Assembly: GCF_001194135.2 (NCBI RefSeq)
Contig: NC_068984.1
Coordinates: 37,950,293 to 38,014,292, forward strand
Source: Octopus bimaculoides
Lineage: Eukaryota
DNA length: 64,000 nucleotides
Direction of reading: 5' to 3'
A program made the position numbers and the translations under genes. The notes under the pieces were generated by a model, which saw nothing but the letters and a program-made list of their open reading frames with translations, was not told where the DNA came from and ran no database searches. Below, one piece after another: positions 51,101 to 59,299 of this stretch. Positions within the stretch are counted from its first letter, which is position 1, and every line of letters starts with the position of its first letter.

Positions 51101-53692
51101 TTACTAATTATCTTTTGTGAGTTCTTTTTTTAAAATTCTCCCCGATTTCAAATTTCAGAAGACATTTTAATAAAGTTATGAAAAACGAAAACCCTAAAAA
51201 AAGCTAAACTATAAAATCTAGAATTTATTTAATGAATTTTTTAAAAAATCACTGAAGTTTACTTGTTCATCAGGAGAATTTTGCACTAAAATGTTTATAT
51301 TTTTGGAAACATCTGTTTAATACATGTATTTTGGTATCAGAATTCTTTCGTCAGTTTGAAACCTTCTTGCTTACTCCTGACATTAGACAGTCATCTTTAA
51401 ACAACACTTTAGGATTTAGGCTTAATACAAAAACACATAAATACTGCACTCAGTTATTAATCTGAAAAGCAGCAGCTTGTTCAACCATTCTTTTTCTTTC
51501 TCTTTTACTAGAGACTCTCAAGACATTTTTCAATATGTATCTTGTTTAAATATTGTATTCTAGTTATTAATGCATGTGTGTGTGTGTTTCTTATCTTTCA
51601 TCAGATGTCTCCATGTACTCATTGCTATCACCAGAAGCCAGTGATGATATGGAGGTAAGTGAAATGTTTTGAATCATATCAATGTGCATCATATTTTTTT
51701 CCTTTTGCAATTGTGGGTATAGGCATGCCCAAGTGTTTTATGAAGTTCACTTTGCAATCTGAGTGTCTGGGTTCAATCCTACTGTGTGGCATTTTTTTAC
51801 CATAGCTCCTAGGCAACCCAGCCTTTGAATTTGAGTACACAGAAACTAGTATGCCTATAGATAGGTTGAACTTATTCAAAGGTTCAGTTTTGTCATGCTG
51901 TTACTGCCTGCAGATTACATTAAGTACAGGTGTCTGTGGAATGCTCAACCACTTACACTGTAATTCATTAAGTTGGTAGTTCTGTTGATTGAACAACGGG
52001 AATACTCAATCATTGAAACCAACAGAGAATCCATTTACAACTATTACCAGTACTTCTCATTAAAAGAGGTGAAAATTTAACAATTCAGCAATTTTGTTAT
52101 TGGAAACTGAACCAATGTATCTACGGTTTGTCAATGAATAATTCTATTGTTTCTGTACTATTTATTCAAGTTTAGCTATAGCTTTAATTTAAGCCAATCC
52201 ACTTTCAATAGTTTATTCAGTCCCAGTATTATGCTTGTGAGACTAGGCTTCAGTATAGTTATGTACATAGTAGATAGGAAAATGTGGAGGCGCAATGGCC
52301 CAGTGGTTAGGGCAGCGGACTCGCGGTCATAGGATCGTGGTTTCGATTCCCAGACCGGGCGTTGTGAGTGTTTATTGAGCGAAAACACCTAAAGCTCCAC
52401 GAGGCTCCGGCAGGGGATGGTGGCGAACCCTGCTGTACTCTTTCACCACAACTTTCTCTCACTCTTACTTCCTGTTTCTGTTGTGCCTGTAATTGAAAGG
52501 GTCAGCCTTGTCACACTGTGTCACGCTGAATATCCCCGAGAACTATGTTAAGGGTACACGTGTCTGTGGAGTGCTCAGCCACTTGCACATTAATTTCACG
52601 AGCAGGCTGTTCCATCGGCAGAGTGCCAACAACAACAGATAGGAAAATAATTCATTACTCTCATAAAAGCAATTGACAAATGTATATTGTATAGAAATTA
52701 ATATTGTTGTTTGTTTATGCACCACTGCCTTATATAACCCTCATTTTAAAAACAGATTTGATACTGTGCTGAATTTTTATGTAAAGCTGGACACTACGTG
52801 TGCCAGTAAATTATAATCACTCTAAGTGCCATTCCATATTTAAATTATCTTGTACCTATTTTAGTTGTTTCTCTTGGTTACTACATATATATATAATATG
52901 AGCATACACACACACCTGCAATGGTGATTGAAATGGAAAAGAAGCAAAGGCACAGCAGCAATCTGACTTATCTCAAGAACATTTAGAGACTAGAGAAACT
53001 GGCAACTGTATTCCATTCCTTCACAAGAGAAAGATCAGATGCAATCAAAAATTAATGAAATTCAGAAATGCCAAAATTAAACTCTGAAAGAAACAAATTT
53101 AAAGAGGGCAAATATGTATATTTGAAAATAAATATTGTTTCTATATTATATCTACCATTATCATTGATCATTCTAGTGCACCTTACGAGATCTTCTTCAA
53201 TGATCTTAAATGCTTTGATTTTAGAGCATAGGTAAAATTTAAGACAACTAGCCTTCATTCAATAGATTTAAATTGTTATCACAATGCTACATTTGAATCG
53301 GGATATGGTCTCACAAAATCATTAGGAACTTTTAATAGAATTGTATAGCATTTCCACAATGATCACTTTTTACATGCATTTGAAAGAAAATGTTTTATTT
53401 TTCTGTTCTATTTCTTTAGATATCTAACTTGATTGGTTTACCAGGCTATCTCCCTAACAGTAACATTGTATCCAGCATGAATAGCAGTAGTAGCTGCAGT
53501 AACAGCAGTAGTAGTATTAGCAGCAGCAGCAGCAATAGTAGCGGGTGTAAGAGCAGCAGCAGCATCAGTCATAGCCATCCACCCTTACCTACCACAGTTA
53601 TGACTAACTCCATTGCTGTAACCACTTCATCTGACTGTTTGAATTCAAACCTCAACCAACTCAATCAACCTGATGTCATATCACTTGATTAA
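1511..53692 (+). CDS. PIAS: PIAS-family E3 SUMO-protein ligase, spliced multi-exon CDS, 5'-partial (SAP exon(s) not in window)
   Basis: Fifteen AG/GT-bounded exons join in one frame (1918 nt). They give [39 protein letters not shown] (PINIT variant), SLMCPLGKMR..HLQCFDA..WICPVC (SP-RING), [14 protein letters not shown] (SIM) and PDVISLD*. All are hallmark PIAS motifs. The paralog name cannot be assigned. Confidence 0.96.
4960..5100 (-). mobile_element. Old fragment of the 3' part of the same SINE family
   Basis: gcaagtggctgaatattccacagatacatgtacc resembles the reverse complement of the SINE tail. Similar + strand fragments lie at about 10545-10625 and 51890-52020. Confidence 0.6.
15344..15391. 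repeat. (TA)n microsatellite
   Basis: Directly visible. Others at 76-97, 6826-6882, 24766-24791, about 37950-37972, 45019-45042, 49004-49023 and 53858-53902. Confidence 0.95.
15392..15544 (+). mobile_element. Short 3'-end fragment of the RTE family adjoining a (TA)n tract
   Basis: gagtggttggcgttaggaagggcatccagctgtag...gttaaacgatgatgatgat, nearly identical to 60677-60818. Confidence 0.88.
15820..16125 (+). mobile_element. Degenerate RTE ORF2 C-terminal fragment
   Basis: Decayed match to the LRW.GHV.RM / RKTW.EV region seen at 62040-62280. A similar minus-strand piece lies at about 18560-18660. Confidence 0.55.
17140..17590. mobile_element. Cluster of degenerate RTE tails (+ about 17140-17280; - about 17281-17440) and a minus ORF2 C-terminal fragment (about 17490-17590)
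   Basis: gtaggaagggtatccagtcatagaaa; atcatcatcaacatttaatgtcc; ttgtcccatgtcttcctggg (reverse of GRPRKTW). Confidence 0.65.
17655..17820 (+). mobile_element. Older SINE family (gttcagtcc.actg.gtggcaccttgggcaagt.t.ttctactatagc core)
   Basis: The same core recurs at about 2500-2660, 10375-10520, 16880-17040, 34490-34640, 39465-39600 and 51715-51840, all on +. Confidence 0.75.
19638..19721 (+). CDS. PIAS: Candidate symmetric (phase 1-1) 84-nt PIAS exon, [28 protein letters not shown]
   Basis: Acceptor ttcttatttttcaattttcag, donor gtatgt, 27 sense codons with no stop, in frame between exons 1511-1617 and 28952-29083. No homology support recognised. Confidence 0.55.
24154..24184. repeat. (TG)n microsatellite at the left edge of the CpG domain
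   Basis: Directly visible; (CA)n at about 45089-45118. Confidence 0.95.
24905..25080 (+). repeat. Degenerate AGT/AGC/GGT trinucleotide repeat with recurring agtattaac units
   Basis: Directly visible low-complexity run. Confidence 0.8.
25552..25669 (+). CDS. PIAS: Alternative first coding exon, [39 protein letters not shown]
   Basis: ATG in gtaATGG context, 39 open codons, donor G|gtaagt at 25670. Phase 1 matches the 28952 acceptor. Lies in the CpG-retaining region. Confidence 0.68.
28952..29083 (+). CDS. PIAS: PIAS exon, start of PINIT region (PIDFSSKH...[26 protein letters not shown])
   Basis: tttattcag / gtatgt; 132 nt, phase 1-1; conserved HPD.RL..LPFYD motif. Confidence 0.96.
29808..30192 (+). 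mobile_element. RTE 3'UTR copy with three internal repeat units
   Basis: Same tail as 15392 and 60601, preceded by about 66-nt tandem units. Confidence 0.88.
30875..30959 (+). CDS. PIAS: PIAS exon ([29 protein letters not shown])
   Basis: ttttgcag / gtaaat; 85 nt, phase 1 to 2; RF.ET.F.F.LTPQQ motif. Confidence 0.96.
31140..31330 (+). mobile_element. Degenerate CORE-type SINE fragment
   Basis: gttcaattcctggg...gtgctcttgagcaaaacactt resembles the B box plus CORE-SINE central domain. Confidence 0.5.
32495..32605 (-). mobile_element. Degenerate RTE tail fragment
   Basis: catgctgacatggattggg...ttttacagctggataccctt. A further decayed + copy lies at about 39700-39820. Confidence 0.6.
34490..34640 (+). 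mobile_element. Copy of the older SINE family
   Basis: cttcccaaccacatggtttcaggttg...gacaccttgggcaagtgtcttctactata...gccttgtgagtgaatttggtag. Confidence 0.75.
35485..35643 (+). mobile_element. Third SINE family (ggcagcgagctagcagaa...gttctgagttcaaattcc...ttaagtaccag)
   Basis: B-box-like gagttcaaattcc. Degenerate minus-strand relatives lie at about 2125-2225, 13110-13280 and 58825-58910. Confidence 0.7.
36011..36347 (+). mobile_element. RTE 3'UTR copy
   Basis: Aligns along its length to 29855-30192; ends aaacgatgatgat. Confidence 0.88.
36770..36820 (+). CDS. PIAS: PIAS exon ([17 protein letters not shown])
   Basis: ttttttccag / gtaagt; 51 nt, phase 2-2; QVQLR motif. Confidence 0.95.
36964..37054 (+). 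CDS. PIAS: PIAS exon ([30 protein letters not shown])
   Basis: tatttttatag / gtaagt; 91 nt, phase 2 to 0. Confidence 0.97.
37213..37347 (+). CDS. PIAS: PIAS exon with PINIT-equivalent motif ([45 protein letters not shown])
   Basis: ccattttcag / gtttgt; 135 nt, phase 0-0. Confidence 0.97.
37498..37603 (+). CDS. PIAS: PIAS exon ([35 protein letters not shown])
   Basis: ttctgtcccag / gtgagt; 106 nt, phase 0 to 1. Confidence 0.97.
37867..37940 (+). CDS. PIAS: PIAS exon ([24 protein letters not shown])
   Basis: ctgtag / gtgagt; 74 nt, phase 1 to 0; [15 protein letters not shown] motif. Confidence 0.97.
38437..38597 (+). CDS. PIAS: PIAS SP-RING (MIZ zinc finger) exon
   Basis: ttttacag / gtaaat; 161 nt; [43 protein letters not shown]. 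Confidence 0.98.
38827..38966 (+). CDS. PIAS: PIAS exon ([27 protein letters not shown]...SSIP)
   Basis: ctctctttcag / gtaaag; 140 nt, phase 2 to 1; EIQF.EDGSW motif. Confidence 0.96.
40056..40194 (+). CDS. PIAS: PIAS SIM1 exon (…[16 protein letters not shown]…SNSS)
   Basis: Acceptor ttttatttt aaaag; 139 nt. Hydrophobic core plus Ser/acidic tract. The phase-2 donor gtgtgt at 40195 is needed to join 47529; a competing gtgagt sits at 40199. Confidence 0.93.
41554..41760. mobile_element. piggyBac-type MITE with TTAA target duplication
   Basis: TTAA-CCCTTTAGTGTT ... AACACTAAAAGG-TTAA; TIRs match with one mismatch. A truncated relative lies at about 12033-12172. Confidence 0.85.
46319..46395 (+). 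CDS. Candidate alternative terminal PIAS exon ([25 protein letters not shown] in phase 1)
   Basis: Strong acceptor ttttttgtttttcttcag; all three frames close within 26 codons; ATTAAA directly after the TAG. Confidence 0.35.
47529..47818 (+). CDS. PIAS: PIAS Ser/Pro-rich exon with Ala8 tract
   Basis: Long pyrimidine tract tttctttatttcttacag, donor gtaatg; 290 nt, phase 2 to 1; matches ORF-track 47563-47847. Confidence 0.85.
51605..51654 (+). CDS. PIAS: PIAS penultimate exon ([17 protein letters not shown])
   Basis: ttatctttcatcag / gtaagt; 50 nt, phase 1 to 0; bridges 47818 and 53420 in frame. Confidence 0.85.
52284..52636 (+). mobile_element. Young tRNA-derived SINE, full length, 12-bp TSD
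   Basis: A box TGGCCCAGTGG, B box GGTTTCGATTCC, (CAA)n tail, flanked by AGATAGGAAAAT at 52272-52283 and 52637-52648. Confidence 0.93.
53420..53692 (+). CDS. PIAS: PIAS terminal exon ending QPDVISLD*
   Basis: tatttctttag acceptor; 91 codons including TAA; C-terminal PD(V/I)ISLD is characteristic of PIAS1-like proteins. Confidence 0.95.
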   Translation: MSNLIGLPGYLPNSNIVSSMNSSSSCSNSSSSISSSSSNSSGCKSSSSISHSHPPLPTTVMTNSIAVTTSSDCLNSNLNQLNQPDVISLD

Positions 53693-53746
53693 AACATCTT
53701 GATGCATCTCAGTGTCAATACACTCATAAATACTGATATGTTTGTA

Positions 53747-53752
53747 AATAAA
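53747..53752 (+). terminator. First canonical polyadenylation signal AATAAA after the PIAS stop
   Basis: AATAAA 55 nt after the TAA. More copies occur downstream (e.g. about 54604), so usage is unknown. Confidence 0.3.
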
Positions 53753-53863
53753 GAATACATTCAAACTTGTTTCACAGTTCACAAACTGTTTCTGCATACT
53801 GGTACTATATACTAGCAAACCCACACACACACGCAATATATTTGTGTATGTGTGTGTTTTATA

Positions 53864-53904
<41 letters not shown>

Positions 53905-55538
53905 TGAACATGTGCATATGTATATAGATTTAGAAAACAACATTGACTGATTGCGCAAGGCAGCAACATTATATATATAGTGATTATTTATAACACTTGT
54001 CATTACTTTTTATAATATAAAGTTTTGAATTTTATCACAGCATCGTACAGTTGTCAGTGATGTAAAACTTAGTTGGTGGTTGCTTTAAGCCTTTTTATAC
54101 AATCATTTCTGTTCAAAATTTATTAGACTAGTACTGCATACATTTGAATTGTAAAGCATTTTCATCCTCAAATAGGTATCAGGTACTATATTATTAGGAT
54201 TCATTTGCAGTTAGATTCTTAACTGTCTTTACTTCAAAAATGGAAGTTATGAAAGAAAAAAAAAATTTCTATTTTCATAAAATTGTTCAGACGTTCAAGT
54301 GTTTACGAATTTAAATATCTAAAGTATTTAAATAATGGTTAACTATATTTATAGTAAACAAGCGATTAAGCTCATCTGATAAAAGTGTGATCTACATTTA
54401 TTGCATATGATTAAATATCCTTTAAATCTAACATCAGGAAAATATATTTACATTAAAATCAATATTTATCATCTGATTTCTGTGTCAAAATTGGACTTCG
54501 CTGAATTTAGACATACCAATTATTGATTTGAAATGAAAGTATGAATCTTATAAATCTATTCATTGACTTTTTTTTTTATTTTTCTAAACCTCTCTAAAGA
54601 TGATAATAAAAATAATTCAATAATATTTCTGAATTAAATAATAAATACACAGATAGATTTGAAGACTTATTTTATTCAAACTATAAATATTAGGGAAGAA
54701 AATTAAGAAAACTTAACAAAAACAAACTAATCACATATTGTAATTGTAAATTACTGTTGCTAATTGTTGATGTTTTCATAGGTATTTTACCTAAGAATAA
54801 ACTCTGGTTGTGATCCAATCATTTTCAGTGTGTGTGTGTGCGTGCATGCATGTGTGTGCATGTCTAATACTTTCACACTCTTGTAAAATTTTGTTTTGGG
54901 AAGGGGCTTAATGTTTATCACAAGATCCTGTGAAATCACATGCAGCAGAGTCTGATGTGGTTTTCACCTATTTCATTCTATACCATGTCATTTTACCATT
55001 TGCAAATATTCTGATATGTTATTTACATCCATTTGATTTTCTTTGTTCCCAACCATGAACCCAAATACTATGAGTATAAATCACATTTCTTAAGCCACAT
55101 TGACAAATCTAGATTATATTGAATTTTTATTTAAAGGTACAATTCTTAACCTGGAGGAAATTTAAAGCATTCAAGTGGCAAGATTGCTTTTAGGTTGAAA
55201 ATTTATTTACATTGAATTCATTTTTTCTTGGTGTTGATTTTTTTTTTCAAGACTAATTTTTTTCTTAATATATGGGAAACAGGGTTACATAATAAACTGG
55301 TAAGGAGGGAATGCTGGAAAGAAAAAAAAAGATTAAGAAACAATGATTTAAAGCAACTAAAGTTTATTTCATTTATAATAATCTTTCTTGGACACAGATG
55401 AAACCTGAGTGCAATGAACTTCATATTGTCCTACAGTATTGCAATATTTTACAGTTGAAGTGGCTGTAAAGAACAAAACAAGTACCCAGCTCTCAGTGAG
55501 AATTTGTTAGAAACATATCAGTAGTGGTAAACTGTATC

Positions 55539-55888
55539 GTTCGTTCGTCGTTGGCACGACGTCGAGGGTTCCAGTTGATCCGATCAACAGAACAGCCTGC
55601 TCGTGAAATTAGCGTGCAAGTGGCTGAGCACTCTACAGACACGTGTACCCTTAACGTATTTCTCAGGGATATTCAGTATGACAAGGCTGGCCCTTTGAAT
55701 TACAGGTACAACAGAAAGTTGTGGAAGAGTACAGCAGGGTTCGCCACCATCCCCTGCCGGAGCCTCGTGGAGCTTTGAGTGTTTTCGCTCAATAAACACT
55801 CATAACGCCCGGTCTGGGAATCGAAACCGTGATCCTATGACCGTGAGTCCGCTGCCCTATCCACTGGGCCATTGTGCCTCCACTGCCA
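55539..55888 (-). mobile_element. Second young copy of the same tRNA-SINE, inverted, 11-bp TSD
   Basis: Reverse complement aligns to 52284-52636 with small indels; TAAACTGTATC at 55528-55538 and 55889-55899; many CpGs retained. Confidence 0.93.
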
Positions 55889-57909
55889 TAAACTGTATCA
55901 ATATATTGCTGATCTATAAGAAACATTATTTCCAATTTTTCATGTCTCGGTGGGGCATTACCAGGCTTGAGAACTGATTTGGTTATTGTTTAAATAAATA
56001 AATTATAGTTGGTTTATTTAGTACATTTATAGAACTCTAGGAGTTGCAAGGATGACGACAGTTTAAAATGAATGAAAGAGGAAATGATGTTGAGTGCTAA
56101 TGTTAATCTAGCTGTTACTATCTACAATTTTAGGTGTTTTTGTTACTATACACTTCAGCCTACTTGAATATTATGACAAAATATAAAATAGATATCCACT
56201 TAGATAAGCTAATAGTAACTTGACAGCTGCTATCACTAACATTCCCCACCATGACCACCATCTATTTTTGAAACCAATAAATATGCTTTACTAACATTTA
56301 AACTACATCACTAACTTCATACTCTTAAAGTTCATAATTCTTATTAAATTACACTATATCATTGGATGGTATAAAAATTGGAATAAAAATGATTTAATTA
56401 GAAATATATTCCTATTTGAATTTAATTAGAGATTTCTTTATTTTCTGTTTTATCATTTGAATCCTTCGGGTCTAGAAATAGTAAAATGGCTTCCATGAAA
56501 TGGCAAACATTTAATGAAATTCTGGTTTCTACTAAGTAGTCATAATTACTTCCTTTTATACTTTTCTCACTATAACTATCAGTTACTTTTAATCATAAAT
56601 TGTGCAAAGAGCACAATTTGTGGTTACAGATAACTCATAGTTGATACATGTCAATTTATAATTAACCATAATTTTGGTTTCCTTTTTAAGTTGTAACATC
56701 CTTGAACACTAAGTTGAATCTTGTATAGGAAATTTGTTGCATCCAATGAAATGTTTGTCATAAAGTGTAGTTGTTTGGTATTTTAGCTGCTAAAATATAG
56801 TCTTGAATTGAAGTTAAAACTAAAGAATATGCAATCACTTATTTTTTTCTGTTGCTTCAACTTTTGTTAAACTAATGTGTGTCAAATATAATTTTTAAAA
56901 ATATCTCTTAATATCATAGGTATTTTCAAGTCATTGATATCCTTAGTTGGTATAGCTACACAATAGTAGCTGCATGGTATTGCTGTGATTAGAACATGGG
57001 GTTAGATTTTTTTTTTAATGATTATCAGTACTCTTCTACTTGGGGTAAATAATGTTTATATAATATTAAATTATGCTGTTGGGATGTTTTCCCTTTTTAA
57101 TATGATCGACCTAAACATACTTTTTTTTATATTTTGCTGATTCTTGTCAGATGAGTTTGCAAATTAAAAAAAGTGTCTCGGAAATGTTTAAACAAATTCC
57201 TTTTAGACATCCTTTACATCTGAATACTCTTCTTTCATATCAACTGTTCTCAACTGTACAATGAAACTGATGCCTATTTTTCTGCTTGATTAGAATGAGG
57301 AAATTAAGGTAATGTGCCTTGCCTAAGGGTACAATATAATGCCTGTGGCAGGGTTTGAATAGTCCAGTATCTTAACCATTCAGCCACCATTAAAGCTTTC
57401 TTTTGGAGGCAGTGTGAACGTGTTTTCATATCTTAAAGACCATTTTCATTATTATTACTTCTGATTTGTGCTAATATCCAGAAGTATCTCATCCATCCAA
57501 AAATCTTATTCCAAGGTACATTGTTTTAAACATACTGATGGTTTATATTTTTACTGTTTCATCTTGTAAAGTGATCCTGCAATCAAGCTGGTGTTGTTCA
57601 CTCGAGTGTTTTTAGAACCTGGTGAGCGGGGGAAGAAAGTTTTGTATTTGATCTTGCCATCATCTCTCTATTAATACAAACCTCTTCTCTTTGTTTCTCG
57701 TAATCATCTAGAAAAAAAAGCAGAAATCAATTCATTAAACCATATCATATTTACAGTTGCTTATTTTATGACTAAAATAATTTCTTTTTCTCAGTAACTA
57801 TGTTCTGTGAACATAACTAAATAATTGTTGACTGTTTTATTCCTAAAACACAAGCCAACTTCATGAGTTTAAAATATTTATAAAAGAAAAATTTTTTTTT
57901 TTTTTTTTT

Positions 57910-58695
57910 NNNNNNNNNNNNNNNNNNNNNNNNNNNNNNNNNNNNNNNNNNNNNNNNNNNNNNNNNNNNNNNNNNNNNNNNNNNNNNNNNNNNNNNNNNN
58001 NNNNNNNNNNNNNNNNNNNNNNNNNNNNNNNNNNNNNNNNNNNNNNNNNNNNNNNNNNNNNNNNNNNNNNNNNNNNNNNNNNNNNNNNNNNNNNNNNNNN
58101 NNNNNNNNNNNNNNNNNNNNNNNNNNNNNNNNNNNNNNNNNNNNNNNNNNNNNNNNNNNNNNNNNNNNNNNNNNNNNNNNNNNNNNNNNNNNNNNNNNNN
58201 NNNNNNNNNNNNNNNNNNNNNNNNNNNNNNNNNNNNNNNNNNNNNNNNNNNNNNNNNNNNNNNNNNNNNNNNNNNNNNNNNNNNNNNNNNNNNNNNNNNN
58301 NNNNNNNNNNNNNNNNNNNNNNNNNNNNNNNNNNNNNNNNNNNNNNNNNNNNNNNNNNNNNNNNNNNNNNNNNNNNNNNNNNNNNNNNNNNNNNNNNNNN
58401 NNNNNNNNNNNNNNNNNNNNNNNNNNNNNNNNNNNNNNNNNNNNNNNNNNNNNNNNNNNNNNNNNNNNNNNNNNNNNNNNNNNNNNNNNNNNNNNNNNNN
58501 NNNNNNNNNNNNNNNNNNNNNNNNNNNNNNNNNNNNNNNNNNNNNNNNNNNNNNNNNNNNNNNNNNNNNNNNNNNNNNNNNNNNNNNNNNNNNNNNNNNN
58601 NNNNNNNNNNNNNNNNNNNNNNNNNNNNNNNNNNNNNNNNNNNNNNNNNNNNNNNNNNNNNNNNNNNNNNNNNNNNNNNNNNNNNNNNNNNNNNN
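57910..58695. other. Assembly gap (largest of eight: 98-478, 3956-3965, 6267-6825, 20341-20350, 48373-about 49003, 57910-58695, 59105-59114, 60032-60600)
   Basis: N runs, several bordered by (TA)n or poly-T. Confidence 0.99.
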
Positions 58696-59072
58696 TTTTT
58701 TTTTTTTTTTTTGTCTTTTCAAGAAACCTGTTTATTGTTCATAACTTTAACTGCCAACATAACTAAGATTAATAATTTCTTACTTTCGTACAAGGTACAA
58801 ATTTTGGATATGAGGTACAGACAGTTTGATCTCAGTACTCGACTAGTACTTGTTCTTATCAACCCTGGAAGAATAAAAAGGAACATGAACTCTGGCAAGA
58901 TTTGAACGCAGAAATATATAGAAAGGCATATTGTCACGTACTCACCAGTTTCATCCATGTTGTTTAATAAGAATATGTATGTGTATGCTAACAATTACCA
59001 TTGCTAATTATCCTTGATATAGATGGCACTGTACCTCTCTCCACACCAGAAGGAGTTACTAAGCTTAAGAGT

Positions 59073-59104
<32 letters not shown>

Positions 59105-59299
59105 NNNNNNNNNNTTTTTTTTTTTTTTCTTCTTCTTTTTCAACCTTAAGGATTTGCAAGTATATGATAATTCATTGAGCAGTAATTCTTGTAATAATTA
59201 TTTTGATATGTGCCTTCAGGCAAATGTTTGCACGAATCTTCCTTTCAGATGCTACCCACTTACTCTTCCCATCCAGCCCACCTGAATGGGAAGAATCAG

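Noticed and set aside
52284-52360. tRNA-like sequence (also on minus at about 55805-55885)
   Set aside because: It continues into a SINE body with tail and TSD and has no clean cloverleaf; it is a SINE head, not a tRNA gene.
59264-59292. CTTCCCAT/ATGGGAAG hairpin as a 5' HDV-like ribozyme of the old RTE
   Set aside because: Only one 8-bp stem is visible; the nested double pseudoknot could not be assigned.
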